64,000 nt of DNA, from assembly GCA_038207335.1 (NCBI GenBank), contig JBBQZX010000003.1, forward strand, positions 64,001 to 128,000. The letters are read 5' to 3'. The position numbers were made by a program, and so were the translations under genes. Shown piece after piece: positions 1 to 10,910 of the stretch; positions within the stretch are counted from its first letter, which is position 1, and every line of letters starts with the position of its first letter. This stretch comes from Chthoniobacterales bacterium. Lineage in GTDB: Bacteria; Verrucomicrobiota; Verrucomicrobiia; Chthoniobacterales; Chthoniobacteraceae. Under the pieces are notes generated by a model that had not been told where the DNA came from, searched no databases, and saw only the letters and a list, made by a program, of their open reading frames with translations.

Positions 1-584
<584 letters not shown>

Positions 585-710
585 GGGCGTATGGAAAAGG
601 GAGGCGACGCTAGACGAGCGGCGCGAAAGGTAAAGCGCGGCCCGAAAAGAGGACTAGGAGAGGAGGGGGGAGTGTGTAGTCTCGGCCCGTGCAGGTGGGA
701 GGAATTCAAT

Positions 711-3527
711 ATGATGATGCCAACAAATGCAGTGCTGGATGAAAAGCGGCGGCTGGATGCGTTGCGGAATTACCGCGTGCTGGATACGCCGCGGGAGCGG
801 GCGCTGGATGATCTGACGACGCTGGCGGCGACGATCTGCGAGACGCCGATTGCGCTGATCTCGCTGGTGGATGAGAAGCGGCAGTGGTTCAAGGCGACGG
901 TCGGGCTGGAGATCGCGGAGACCTCGCGGGAGCTGTCCTTTTGCGCGTATGCGCTGGAGGAGACGGAGATGATGATCGTGCCGGATGCGGCGTTGGATGC
1001 GCGCTTCGCGAGGAATGCGCTGGTGACGGGTGAGCCGCATATCCGCTTCTATGCGGGCGCGCCGCTGGTGAGCCCGGAGGGGGCGATGTTGGGGACGTTG
1101 TGCGTGATCGACCGTGAGCGGCGGGTGCTGACTTTTAGCCAGGTGCAGACGCTGCTGATTTTGGCCCGGCAGGTGATGACGCATCTGGACCTGGGGAGGC
1201 AACTGCTGGAGCTGAAGGCCAGCGAAGCGAACATGGCGGAAGGGCAGCGGATCGCGCATCTGGGGAGTTGGGTGCTGGACCTGACGGAGAAGGACGACCT
1301 CTACGCGAATGCGGTGCAATGGTCGGACGAGATGTATCGGATCGCGGGCTACGAGCCGGGAACGGTGAAGGTGAGCAATGAGTTTTTCTTTAGCCTGGTG
1401 CCACCGGAAGAACACCAGGCGATCCGGCAGGCGGTGGATGATACGGTGCGCGAGCGGCGCCCGTATTCGATCGTGCATCGGCTGATCCGGCCAGATGGCG
1501 AGATGCGTACGGTGCAAGAGACGGCCCAACTTTTCCTGGATGAGCGGACGGGCGAACTGCTGAGGATGGTGGGAACGGCGCACGACATCACGGGGCGGCA
1601 GCAGGCGGCGGAGGCGCTGCGGATGAGCGATGAGAAATACCACGGGCTCTTTGAGGGAACGCGGGACGCGATCATGACGATGGAGCCGCCGTCGTGGAAA
1701 TTTGCCTCTGCGAATCCGGCTGCGGTGAAGATGTTCGGGGCAAAGAGCGAGGAGGAACTCATTACCTACGGGCCCGGGCTCCTGTCGCCCGCCTTCCAAC
1801 CGGACGGACGCGCCTCGCAGGGGAGAATCAGGGAGATCATTGGGGAGGTGATGGCGGACAGCTCCGCTTTCTTTGAGTGGACCTACTGCCGGATCGACGG
1901 GGAGGAATTTCTCACTGACATGCTTTTGACGCACGTGGAGCAAGGGGGGGGGGGGATGATCCATGCCACGGTGCGCGACATCACCGAGCGGAAGCGCGCG
2001 GAGGCGAAGATCCGTGAGCAGGCGGCGCTGCTGGACGAGGCGCGCGATGCGATCTGCGTGAACGACCTCGATCAGCGTATCCTTTTTTGGAACAAGAGCG
2101 CCGAACGCCTCTACGGCTGGTCGGCGAGCGAGGCGCTCGGACAAGACGCCAACGAACTGCTCGGGCAGGGAGAGGTGGCGCTCGCCGCGCTGAAGACGCT
2201 CATTCAGCGGGATGAGTGGCGGGGCGAATTGGAACAGACGACCCGCGAGGGGCGGCAGCTCGTCGTCGAGAGCCGCTGGACGCTGATCCGCGAGGCGGAC
2301 GGGGCACCCAAGTCGATCCTCGTCATCAACACGGACATCACGGAGAAGAAAGCGATGGAGGCGCAGTTCTTTCGCTCGCAGCGGATGGAGAGCATCGGGA
2401 CGCTGGCCGGCGGCATCGCGCACGACCTGAACAACGCGCTCGGGCCGATCATCTTGTCGCTGGACCTGCTGAGGATGAAGTTTCCCGATCACGCCAGCCA
2501 AGAGTTGCTGGCGATCGTTGACGCCAGCGCGCAGCGCGGGGCAGACATGGTGCGGCAGGTCCTCTCCTTTGCCCGCGGAGTCGAAGGCCGACGGATGAAT
2601 GTGCAGGTTAAGCACCTGATCCGCGAAATCGAAAAGACTGCGCACGACACTTTCCCGAAAAACATCCAAGTGCGGACGATCATCTCGCCCGACCTCTGGA
2701 CGGTCCTGGGCGATCCCACACAACTCCACCAAGTGCTGCTCAATCTCTGCGTGAACGCGCGGGATGCGATGCCGCAGGGTGGTGCCCTCACTCTTTCCGC
2801 CGAAAACATCCTCTTCGACGCGCACTACGCGGGCCTGAGCTGGAATGCCGAAGCCCGGCCCGGCCCGTACGTTCTCATCCAAGTCGTGGACACCGGCACC
2901 GGGATGCCTCCGGAGACGATCGAGAAGATTTTTGATCCGTTTTTCACGACGAAGGACCTAGGCAAAGGCACCGGCCTGGGCCTCTCGACTTCCCTCGCCA
3001 TCCTCAAGAGTCATGGCGGGTTCATCCGGGTTTATAGCGAGATGGAGAAAGGCACGAAGTTCTGCGCCTACCTCCCCGCCCAGACCGAGTCATCTCCAGA
3101 AGTCGCTGCGCAACTGGCCGCAGAAATGCCGCGGGGCAACGGAGAACTCATTCTCGTGGTGGATGATGAAGCCGCCGTGCGCCAGATCACGCAGCAGACG
3201 CTGGAGGCCTTCGGCTACTGCGTCGTCCTCGCCGCGGACGGCGCGGATGCCGTCGCGATTTATGCTCAGCAGGGGCCGGAGATCGCCGCAGTCCTCACGG
3301 ATATGATGATGCCGATCATGGACGGCCCGGCGAGCATCCAGGTGCTGCGCCGGATGAATCCGGATGTGCAGATCATCGGCGTCAGCGGACTGGCCGTCAG
3401 CGTTGGCTCCGACGACGGCAACGTCGAGCGCGCGGCGAGCCTCGGGATCAAACATTTTCTACCGAAGCCCTACACGGCGGAGACTCTCCTGCAGGTCTTG
3501 AAACAGGTCCTCGAAACAAAGGTCTAA
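711..3527 (+). CDS. Hybrid sensor histidine kinase (GAF + 3 PAS + HisKA + HATPase + REC)
   Basis: GAF ([13 protein letters not shown]...FYAGAPL), PAS repeats ending DITERK, H-box [23 protein letters not shown] (LVVDDE, TDMMMP, KP). The first 232 codons of the track ORF largely overlap alaS antisense, so the start is placed at ATG 711. Confidence 0.92.
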   Translation: MMMPTNAVLDEKRRLDALRNYRVLDTPRERALDDLTTLAATICETPIALISLVDEKRQWFKATVGLEIAETSRELSFCAYALEETEMMIVPDAALDARFARNALVTGEPHIRFYAGAPLVSPEGAMLGTLCVIDRERRVLTFSQVQTLLILARQVMTHLDLGRQLLELKASEANMAEGQRIAHLGSWVLDLTEKDDLYANAVQWSDEMYRIAGYEPGTVKVSNEFFFSLVPPEEHQAIRQAVDDTVRERRPYSIVHRLIRPDGEMRTVQETAQLFLDERTGELLRMVGTAHDITGRQQAAEALRMSDEKYHGLFEGTRDAIMTMEPPSWKFASANPAAVKMFGAKSEEELITYGPGLLSPAFQPDGRASQGRIREIIGEVMADSSAFFEWTYCRIDGEEFLTDMLLTHVEQGGGGMIHATVRDITERKRAEAKIREQAALLDEARDAICVNDLDQRILFWNKSAERLYGWSASEALGQDANELLGQGEVALAALKTLIQRDEWRGELEQTTREGRQLVVESRWTLIREADGAPKSILVINTDITEKKAMEAQFFRSQRMESIGTLAGGIAHDLNNALGPIILSLDLLRMKFPDHASQELLAIVDASAQRGADMVRQVLSFARGVEGRRMNVQVKHLIREIEKTAHDTFPKNIQVRTIISPDLWTVLGDPTQLHQVLLNLCVNARDAMPQGGALTLSAENILFDAHYAGLSWNAEARPGPYVLIQVVDTGTGMPPETIEKIFDPFFTTKDLGKGTGLGLSTSLAILKSHGGFIRVYSEMEKGTKFCAYLPAQTESSPEVAAQLAAEMPRGNGELILVVDDEAAVRQITQQTLEAFGYCVVLAADGADAVAIYAQQGPEIAAVLTDMMMPIMDGPASIQVLRRMNPDVQIIGVSGLAVSVGSDDGNVERAASLGIKHFLPKPYTAETLLQVLKQVLETKV

Positions 3528-3609
3528 CGTCCGCCTGAGAGTCAGCAGGCGCGCGCTAAAGAATGTTCTCGGTTGCGGATTACTAGGGTTCGCAAATACT
3601 CCTCTCTCC

Positions 3610-5361
3610 ATGCCCGCTCCCTCTCTCGAATTACCGCGCCCGGTGCCGACGCAGAAATACCGTCAGCCAAAGAAGAATATCCCGCAGACGGTGGTGGAGC
3701 GGCAATTCATCCTGGCGAAGTGCCGGGAGTATGTGGCGGAGCACAAGCCGGTGCCGCCGCAGCCGCAGGCGGAGCTGAAAGTTCACGCGGATGTGCTGGT
3801 GGCGCAGCTCGGGCTGGACCCGATCTATCGGGATTTCGTGGGCGTGCTTTTAAATAATGAGATGTGGCGCGAGCAGCTCGCCGGGGTGCCTTTCGAGCGG
3901 AGGCTGCTGCTGCTGCCGAAGTGTCTGCGGGTGGAGAGCAAGTGCCCGGCGCCGTTCGATGAATTTGGCCTGCTGTGCAAGCAGTGTGGGCTGTGCTCGA
4001 TCCAGGATTTGCAGGCGGAGGCGGAGCGGCTGGGGTATGCGGTGCTTGTGGCGGAAGGGTCGGCGATCGTGATGTCGCTGATCCAGACGGGGAAGATCGA
4101 GGCGATCGTGGGGGTGTCGTGCATCTCGGTGCTGGAGCGGGCTTTTCCCTACATGGAGGCGGCGGCGATCCCGGGCGTGGCGGTGCCGCTGCTGCAGGAT
4201 GATTGCATCGATACGACGGTGGATCTGGACTGGATCTGGGATTACATCCACCTCACGAGCGACGATCAGACGCGGCGGATGGATCTGAGCGCGTCGCGGG
4301 ACGAGGTGGACTTTTGGTTCACGCCACTGAATCTCGACGCGATCATGGGGCCGGCCGAGGGGGCGACGGAGAAGATCGGGCGCGAGTGGCTGTGCCGCGC
4401 GGGGAAGCGGTGGCGGCCGTTCCTGACGGTGTCGGCTTACCAGGCGCTGCGGGCCACGCCGGGGGCGCCGCTGCCGGAGGATATCCGCAAGGTGGCGGTG
4501 GCGGTGGAGTGTTTCCACAAGGCGTCGCTGATCCACGACGACATCGAGGACGGGGACGCGGCGCGCTATGGGGAAAAGACGCTGCACGAGGAGCACGGGG
4601 TGGCCGTCGCGCTGAATGTCGGCGACCTGCTCATCGGCGAAGGCTACCGGCTGCTGGCCTCGTGCCGCGCTACTGCGGAGCAGAAGACCGAGATGCTGCG
4701 CGTGGCGGCGGAGGGTCAGCGGGAGCTCTGCCGCGGGCAGGGCGCGGAGCTGGTCTGGGCGCGCAATCCCGCGCCGCTCACGTCGCTGGAGGTCATCGAC
4801 ATTTTCAAGAAGAAGACTGCGCCGGCATTCTCGGTGGCGCTGAAGCTCGGGGCGATTTACGCGGGGCAACTCGAAGACGTGGAGGAAGTCCTGAGCTCCT
4901 ACAGCGAGGCGCTCGGCATCGCGTATCAAATCCGCGACGACCTCTCCGATCTCGGCGAGAGCGGCGAGACGAATGACATCGCCGGGCTCCGCCCGAGCCT
5001 CGTGCTGGCGACCGCCTACGAGCGCGCGGCCAATGAATCCCGCGGCACCGCCACGCTCGCGCCGACCCGCGAGCAGCAGCGCATCGCGCTGGAATCCCAC
5101 TGGCGCCGCCTTTCCACAGCGACCCCCGCGGAGATCGAGACAATCTTCCTCGACCTCGCTGCCGACGAGCGCTGCCGCGATCTACTGGAGCGTTACAAGG
5201 AGGAGGCGATCCGCACGCTGCGCGACGTGGAAAATGCGAACCTCAAGGGGCTCCTGCGCCGCGTGATCGGGAAGATTTTCAACGACACGGAGATCAAGGG
5301 CTGGTGCAAGGAATTCGAGGAGAAGAACCTCGCCGCCCCGCTCAAGCTCGCCGCGCTGTAG
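3610..5361 (+). CDS. DUF116-like Cys-rich domain fused to a polyprenyl diphosphate synthase
   Basis: N-half has LPKCLR..C...CKQCGLC and IVGVSC. C-half has GKRWRP, HKASLIHDDIED (first Asp-rich motif), GQ, KKT and YQIRDD. Confidence 0.85.
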   Translation: MPAPSLELPRPVPTQKYRQPKKNIPQTVVERQFILAKCREYVAEHKPVPPQPQAELKVHADVLVAQLGLDPIYRDFVGVLLNNEMWREQLAGVPFERRLLLLPKCLRVESKCPAPFDEFGLLCKQCGLCSIQDLQAEAERLGYAVLVAEGSAIVMSLIQTGKIEAIVGVSCISVLERAFPYMEAAAIPGVAVPLLQDDCIDTTVDLDWIWDYIHLTSDDQTRRMDLSASRDEVDFWFTPLNLDAIMGPAEGATEKIGREWLCRAGKRWRPFLTVSAYQALRATPGAPLPEDIRKVAVAVECFHKASLIHDDIEDGDAARYGEKTLHEEHGVAVALNVGDLLIGEGYRLLASCRATAEQKTEMLRVAAEGQRELCRGQGAELVWARNPAPLTSLEVIDIFKKKTAPAFSVALKLGAIYAGQLEDVEEVLSSYSEALGIAYQIRDDLSDLGESGETNDIAGLRPSLVLATAYERAANESRGTATLAPTREQQRIALESHWRRLSTATPAEIETIFLDLAADERCRDLLERYKEEAIRTLRDVENANLKGLLRRVIGKIFNDTEIKGWCKEFEEKNLAAPLKLAAL

Positions 5362-5436
5362 CGCACACCGCCAGAGAGACCGGCTGGCACGAAAGCCTTT
5401 GCCGGATGGCGTCGGTCTGATTTATTTCCGCCCCCC

Positions 5437-6726
5437 ATGCGTAAAATCACATTCGCCGCCATCGCCCTCGCAACCCTGTGCGCAAGCGGCTTCGCAGAGA
5501 CCGTCATCTTGAAGAGCGGCGAGAAGATCGACGGCAAGATCACAGGTGAGACGGACACGGAGATCACGATGGACGTGAAGGTTTCCGCCGGCATCACCGA
5601 CGTGCGCACGGTGCCGAAAAGCGACGTGGCGAAAGTCGAAAAGGAGCTGCTCGACGAAACCGCATGGCTGCCGCTGAAGGCGCTCGCGGTCGGTGCGAAC
5701 TCGCTGCCGTCTGGCGCTTACGACACGAACATCAAGCTGCTGAAAGCATTCGTCGCGGTGTATCCCGAGAGCTCGCATGTGGCCGATGCGAAGAAGGCGC
5801 TCGCGGCTTTCGAGGAAGAGAAAAAGCGCGTCGATGACGGAGATGTGAAGCTCGCCGGTGCGTGGATTTCAAAGGAGGAAGTCGCGCGGGAAAAGTATCA
5901 GATCAACGCGACGCTGGCGTTCAACTACATGAAGGACCAGAGCACGCGCGGCGAGCTCGTGCCGGCGCTGATTACCTTCGACGCTATCGAGGCGAATTTT
6001 CCTGGCGCGCGGATTTTCCCCGATGCCGTCGATCTTGCCCGCCGCATTATCGCAGCACTCGGCACCGAGGTGAATCGGCGGCAGCAACTCCTCAAGACGG
6101 AACTCGCCGACCGCGAGGCAGGCCTAAAGATCGCCTCCGACGCGAACCGCGCGCAAATCCTCGCCGCCGTAAAATCTGAGAACGCATCCGCCGAAGCAGC
6201 GATCGCCGCCGCGCAGAAGCTGCAGCAGAAGTGGCCGCCATTCATCCCGCACTACGAGCAAAGCCTGACCTCGATCGCGCAGAAAATCCCCAGCGAAACG
6301 CAGCGCCTCGCCACGATCGAGGTTGGCAAAGAGCGCGAATCACTCAAGCTCACGGACGCGGCGAAGGAGTCCCTTTCCAAAAAAGAATACACCCAAGCCG
6401 AGGAATCGCTGAGCAAAGCGAAGGAACTCTGGGGCGCCAACGAACTTGCCACGCGCCTGCAAACCGAGGTCGGCGAAAAGAAATCGATCGCAGCCACGGC
6501 TCCCGCCGAGGTGCCCGCACCGATGCCGGAGGCCAAGCCCGAGTCGAAACCGATGGTCGCCGCAGCGACCGAAGAAGAGCCGATCCCGATGCAGTCCGAA
6601 GATGGCCGTCCATTTTTACTGACTATCGGCGGTGCGATCACCGTGGTGATTGTGCTGATCGCCATCGCCGCGGCGGTCACCGTGTATCGCAAGATCAAAG
6701 GCAAGGCCAACGACATCCTCGAATGA
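5437..6726 (+). CDS. Hypothetical exported helical protein with C-terminal TM anchor
   Basis: Signal peptide, ETVILKSGEKIDGKI N-terminal motif, C-terminal hydrophobic helix followed by basic residues. Stop overlaps the hisB start. Confidence 0.75.
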   Translation: MRKITFAAIALATLCASGFAETVILKSGEKIDGKITGETDTEITMDVKVSAGITDVRTVPKSDVAKVEKELLDETAWLPLKALAVGANSLPSGAYDTNIKLLKAFVAVYPESSHVADAKKALAAFEEEKKRVDDGDVKLAGAWISKEEVAREKYQINATLAFNYMKDQSTRGELVPALITFDAIEANFPGARIFPDAVDLARRIIAALGTEVNRRQQLLKTELADREAGLKIASDANRAQILAAVKSENASAEAAIAAAQKLQQKWPPFIPHYEQSLTSIAQKIPSETQRLATIEVGKERESLKLTDAAKESLSKKEYTQAEESLSKAKELWGANELATRLQTEVGEKKSIAATAPAEVPAPMPEAKPESKPMVAAATEEEPIPMQSEDGRPFLLTIGGAITVVIVLIAIAAAVTVYRKIKGKANDILE

Positions 6727-7313
6727 GCAACCGCAGCGCACACATCGACCGCAAAACGCACGAGACGAAGATAGCCGTCGAACTGGCGATCGACGGAAGC
6801 GGCGAGAGCACGATCGTGACGAAGATTCCGTTCTTCGACCACATGCTCACGCTCTTCGCGCGGCACAGCCTCGTCGATCTCGAGGTGCGCGCCGATGGCG
6901 ACATCGAGGTCGATTTTCACCACACCGTCGAGGACACCGGCATCGCGCTCGGTCAGGCATTTGCCAGCGCGCTCGGCGACAAACGCGGCATCCGCCGCTA
7001 CGGCCACGCATACGTCCCGATGGATGAGACGCTCGTCCGCGCAGTCATCGATTTCAGCGGACGCCCGTTCCTCGAATATCGCGCACCGCAAAGTGTCGGC
7101 GCGATCGGTGGTTTCCCGTTCCAGCTCGTGGAGGAATTTCTGCGCGGCTTCGCGGTCCACGCCGGCGTGAATTTGCACATCGAAATCCTCTACGGCCGCG
7201 ACGCGCACCACATGGCCGAGGCCGTCTTCAAGGGCCTCGCAAAAGCCGTCGATGCCGCCTGCCAGCTAGATCCGCGGGTTGAGGGAGTGCCGAGCACGAA
7301 GGGGAGTTTATAG
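6723..7313 (+). CDS. hisB: Imidazoleglycerol-phosphate dehydratase
   Basis: RKTHET, FFDHML, DFHHTVED, HHMAEAVFK, PSTKGSL. ATG at 6723. Confidence 0.96.
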   Translation: MSNRSAHIDRKTHETKIAVELAIDGSGESTIVTKIPFFDHMLTLFARHSLVDLEVRADGDIEVDFHHTVEDTGIALGQAFASALGDKRGIRRYGHAYVPMDETLVRAVIDFSGRPFLEYRAPQSVGAIGGFPFQLVEEFLRGFAVHAGVNLHIEILYGRDAHHMAEAVFKGLAKAVDAACQLDPRVEGVPSTKGSL

Positions 7314-7369
7314 TTGAGCGATGAGAGTTGAGAGTGGCGGAATCGCGCCGCTCCGACTCTTAACTTTCC
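7312..7369. repeat. Heptamer-periodic palindromic intergenic element
   Basis: GTTGAGC-GATGAGA-GTTGAGA-GTGGCGG ... CTCCGAC-TCTTAAC; imperfect inverted arms. Confidence 0.55.
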
Positions 7370-7372
7370 AAA

Positions 7373-7984
7373 ATGATCGCCCTCATCGACTACGGCAGCG
7401 GCAATATCCGCAGTGTGCAGAACGCGCTACGGCATGAGGGCGCGGAGGTTGAACTCGTCTCCGATCCCGCGCGACTCGACTCGGCGGCTGCGGTCGTGCT
7501 GCCGGGGGTCGGCGCGTTTGGCGATTGCGTGAATGGCCTGCAAACACGCGGTCTGTGGGAGCCGATGAAGGAGTGGCTCGGCTCGGGCAAGCCGTTCCTC
7601 GGCATCTGCGTCGGATACCAGTTGCTCTTCGACGAGAGCGAGGAAACGCCGGGCATCCGCGGCTTCGGGCATTTCTCCGGGCGGGTGAAAAAGTTCGGCA
7701 CTCCCGGACTCAAAATCCCACAGATCGGTTGGAACAATCTCGAACTCACACAGCCCGCCGATCCGCTCTGGCAAAGCCTTCCCAGAGATCCGTACGTTTA
7801 TTTCGTCCACTCGTATTTCCCTGAGCCGGAGGACGATTCGATTGTCACCTCGCGCGCGACCTACGGTGAGACTTTCGCCGCCAGTGTGGCGCGCGGCAGC
7901 GTCTTCGCGGTGCAGTTTCACCCCGAAAAAAGCCAGGCCGTCGGGCTCGGAATACTGCGCAATTTCATCGCGCTCACGTGCTGA
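7373..7984 (+). CDS. hisH: Imidazole glycerol phosphate synthase, glutaminase subunit
   Basis: IDYGSGN, LPGVGAF, LGICVG, YFVHSY, QFHPEKS. Confidence 0.96.
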   Translation: MIALIDYGSGNIRSVQNALRHEGAEVELVSDPARLDSAAAVVLPGVGAFGDCVNGLQTRGLWEPMKEWLGSGKPFLGICVGYQLLFDESEETPGIRGFGHFSGRVKKFGTPGLKIPQIGWNNLELTQPADPLWQSLPRDPYVYFVHSYFPEPEDDSIVTSRATYGETFAASVARGSVFAVQFHPEKSQAVGLGILRNFIALTC

Positions 7985-8047
7985 TGCGGCGCGCGAATTA
8001 GCGTTACCCGCCGCACGATTTTCCTGAAAGTCGCGGGTTCCCTGACC

Positions 8048-8764
8048 ATGATTCTCCTACCAGCAATCGATCTCATGTCCGGCGAAGTCGTGCGCCTGCG
8101 GCAGGGCAAAGCCGACCAGAAAACCGTCTATTCCAGCGACCCCTCGGCATTTGCGCGCCAGTGGGAAAGCGAGGGCGGCGACTACCTTCACATCGTCGAT
8201 CTCGACGCTGCATTCAGTGGCGAGCAGCGCAATCTTGACTCCGTCCGCGCGATCACCGGCTCGATTAAAATCCCGTGTGAACTCGGGGGAGGAATGCGCG
8301 ATGCAGCAGCAATCGAGCGCGCATTTTCCGCCGGCGTCTCGCGCGTCGTCATCGGCACACGTGCAGCGGAGTCGCTCGATTTTGTCAGTGAAATGGCGCG
8401 TGCTCACGGCAGCGAACGCATCGCCGTCGGCATCGATGCAAAGGACGGAATCGTCTCGGTCAAAGGCTGGACCGAGATGTCCAAGCTGCGCGCGCTCGAC
8501 CTCGCGCGGCGTGCCGAGGATGCCGGCGCGGGCACGATCATTTACACCGACATCGCGACCGACGGGATGATGCAGGGGCCGAATTTTTCCGAGATGGAAA
8601 AGATGCTCGCGGCGTTGAAATGCCAGCTCATCGCGAGCGGCGGCGTCTCCACCGTGCAAGACGTGAAGCGGCTCGGCGAGATGCCGGGGCTCTACGGCTG
8701 CATCATCGGCAAGGCGCTCTACGACAAGGCCATCAGCCTTTCCGACCTCGTCGCGCTCCGTTAA
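8048..8764 (+). CDS. hisA: ProFAR isomerase
   Basis: PAIDL..G.VVRL.QG, HIVDLDAA, GGGMR, TDIATDG, ASGG, IGKALY. Confidence 0.95.
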   Translation: MILLPAIDLMSGEVVRLRQGKADQKTVYSSDPSAFARQWESEGGDYLHIVDLDAAFSGEQRNLDSVRAITGSIKIPCELGGGMRDAAAIERAFSAGVSRVVIGTRAAESLDFVSEMARAHGSERIAVGIDAKDGIVSVKGWTEMSKLRALDLARRAEDAGAGTIIYTDIATDGMMQGPNFSEMEKMLAALKCQLIASGGVSTVQDVKRLGEMPGLYGCIIGKALYDKAISLSDLVALR

Positions 8765-8785
8765 AACACGTCTCACTCCACAACC

Positions 8786-9694
8786 ATGCGCATCCTTTTT
8801 CTCGACTGCTCCTCCGGCATCAGCGGCGACATGACCGTCGGCGCGCTCTGCGATCTCGGCGTCAAACCGTCCACGCTCGAATGGGAGTTGGCGAAGCTCG
8901 ACATCGGCGATTTCCACATGCACTTCGAACGCGAAAAGCGGAAGAGCGTGGAGGGGATCAAATTCGGAATCCACGAGGGCTCGACGCATGTGCATGAGGA
9001 GCATTCCCACGCGCATGAGGATGAGCATGAGCACACGCATGAGCACGCCGAGCACCAGCACGGCTCCGAATGCTGCCATTCGCACGCGCCCGAACACACG
9101 CATGCGGACGCGCACGGCGAAGAACATTCACACTCCCACGAGCACGAGCATTGCCACGATCACGACCACGCGCACGGTCGCAGCCACCGCGAAATCCGCG
9201 CCCTTATCGAGGCCAGCGAGCTCTCGCCTTTCGTAAAAAAGCACGCGCTCGGCATCTTCCAGCGCATCGCCGTGGCCGAGGGAAAAATCCACGGCCAGCC
9301 ACCCGAGGACGTCGGTTTTCATGAAGTCGGCGCGCTCGATTCCATCGCCGATATCATCTGCGCGTGCGTCGGGATCGAGGCGCTCGGAGTCGAAAAAGTC
9401 TTCGTCTCCGCGTTGCACGAGGGCCACGGCACGATCGAGTGCGCGCACGGCACGTTCCCGATTCCCGCGCCCGCGACCCTTGAGATTTTGCGTGGCATCC
9501 CACTCGCGCAGATTGACGAGCCGCACGAGCTCATCACGCCGACCGGCGCCGCAATCGCGGCGGAATTCGCCGAGCGCTTCGGCCTCATGCCGCGCATGGC
9601 GATCGAGAAAATCGGATACGGCCTCGGTACGCGCGACCTCGCCTCGCGCCCAAATGTGCTGCGCGCCGTGCTCGGAGATCTCGCGGAGGAATAA
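8786..9694 (+). CDS. larC: LarC-family nickel insertion protein, N-terminal part (LarC1) with long His-rich insert
   Basis: DCSSGISGDM, His-rich tract, AEGKIHG, FHEVGALDSIADI, HG..PIPAPAT, TPTGAAI, GYGLG, PNVLR. Confidence 0.9.
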   Translation: MRILFLDCSSGISGDMTVGALCDLGVKPSTLEWELAKLDIGDFHMHFEREKRKSVEGIKFGIHEGSTHVHEEHSHAHEDEHEHTHEHAEHQHGSECCHSHAPEHTHADAHGEEHSHSHEHEHCHDHDHAHGRSHREIRALIEASELSPFVKKHALGIFQRIAVAEGKIHGQPPEDVGFHEVGALDSIADIICACVGIEALGVEKVFVSALHEGHGTIECAHGTFPIPAPATLEILRGIPLAQIDEPHELITPTGAAIAAEFAERFGLMPRMAIEKIGYGLGTRDLASRPNVLRAVLGDLAEE

Positions 9695-9698
9695 CGCG

Positions 9699-10166
9699 AT
9701 GCCGGGCGGCTACGAGACCGACACCGTCACGAGGCTCGGCACGAATCTCGACGACCTCTCGCCGGAAATCCTCGGCGCGACGATGGAGAAGCTCTTCGCC
9801 GCGGGCGCGCTCGACGTCTGGTTCACGCCGATCCAGATGAAGAAAAATCGTCCAGGCGTGGAGGTGTCGGTGCTCTGCGAGGAGGAGCGCACGACGGATT
9901 TGGCGGATATCATTTTTCGCGAAACATCCGCGTTCGGCCTGCGCACCGAGCGCATTGTGCGGCTCAAGCTGGAGCGGCGTTTCGAGACGGTCTCCACGAA
10001 ATTCGGCGCGGTGACAGTGAAGCTCGGAATTAAAGACGGAGCGGTCGTGCAGATTGCGCCGGAGTTCGAATCGTGCCGTGCGCGCAGCGCCGAGACTGGC
10101 ACGCCCCTGCGCGAGATTTACGCCGCGGCGATGCGCGCGTTTGCCGCGAAGCATTCGAACGATTAA
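9699..10166 (+). CDS. larC: LarC C-terminal domain protein (LarC2)
   Basis: TNLDD.SPE, GALDVWFTPIQMKKNRPG, ETSAFGLR, PEFESC. GGAGGA lies 8 nt upstream of ATG 9699. Confidence 0.88.
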   Translation: MPGGYETDTVTRLGTNLDDLSPEILGATMEKLFAAGALDVWFTPIQMKKNRPGVEVSVLCEEERTTDLADIIFRETSAFGLRTERIVRLKLERRFETVSTKFGAVTVKLGIKDGAVVQIAPEFESCRARSAETGTPLREIYAAAMRAFAAKHSND

Positions 10167-10175
10167 AAGCGCGCG

Positions 10176-10910
10176 ATGAACAGCCAATGGGCAGGCCTTA
10201 AATCCGACGCGCGCGAGGCGCTCACGCAGCGAGACTACTCCGCAAAGTCACTGCCGGAGCGGCTCGGCAGCTCAGGCGTCGAGGTCGGCGAACTCGTCGC
10301 CGCCGGCCGTTCGCAGCTCATGGGCGCTTGGATTCCGGGCGTCGAGATTTTCGGCCGGCGCATTTTCCCACAGCGGCATCGCGGGTTTTTCGGTGAGTTC
10401 GCGCGGCAGGAGGATGGGCCGCTCGCGGCGATCGGATTCTGGCCGCGGCAGTGGGCGACGGCGCGGATGTTCGCCGGCACGGGAAAAGGTTTCCACATCC
10501 ACCCCCCGCACATCCCTGAAGGCGAAACGCCCGAGAGTTGGTTCCGACGATTGTTCGCCGACGAGCCCGCGCAATTCTCGCTGCGCCAATACGATCGCGA
10601 ACAGTGGGACGTCATGTTTTTCGTCCAAGGCTGCGTCGAGATGCTGCTCGTCGATGAGCGTGCAGGACTCGAACGGCGTGTCATGCGATTCATCATCGAA
10701 GGTGACGACCACCGCGGGCTTAACAACGCGGGAATCGTGATTCCCGCAGGCGTCGCCCATGCGCTGCGAGTCGAGGGCGCGACCGATGCGATCATGGTCT
10801 ATGGCACCAGCACTGCATTCGAGCCCAACTTTGAGGGCCGTATCGCAGACTCGATCGAGTGCGCCCCGATGCCGCCGGAGTGGCAGCAATATCTCGATCG
10901 ATCGCGCTGA
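10176..10910 (+). CDS. RmlC-like cupin (dTDP-4-dehydrorhamnose 3,5-epimerase family)
   Basis: IPGV, RGFFGE, KGFHIH, IVIPAGVAHA resemble the RmlC fold. Confidence 0.6.
   Translation: MNSQWAGLKSDAREALTQRDYSAKSLPERLGSSGVEVGELVAAGRSQLMGAWIPGVEIFGRRIFPQRHRGFFGEFARQEDGPLAAIGFWPRQWATARMFAGTGKGFHIHPPHIPEGETPESWFRRLFADEPAQFSLRQYDREQWDVMFFVQGCVEMLLVDERAGLERRVMRFIIEGDDHRGLNNAGIVIPAGVAHALRVEGATDAIMVYGTSTAFEPNFEGRIADSIECAPMPPEWQQYLDRSR

Noticed and set aside
654..2882. Long antisense ORFs (also 24587-26620, 50059-51507, 52562-54850, 61690-63198)
   Set aside because: They lie opposite well-recognised genes and show no motifs; such shadow ORFs are expected in high-GC DNA.
8987..9187. His-codon-rich tract as a his-operon attenuator
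   Set aside because: It lies inside larC1, downstream of the his genes, and matches the known LarC nickel-binding insert.
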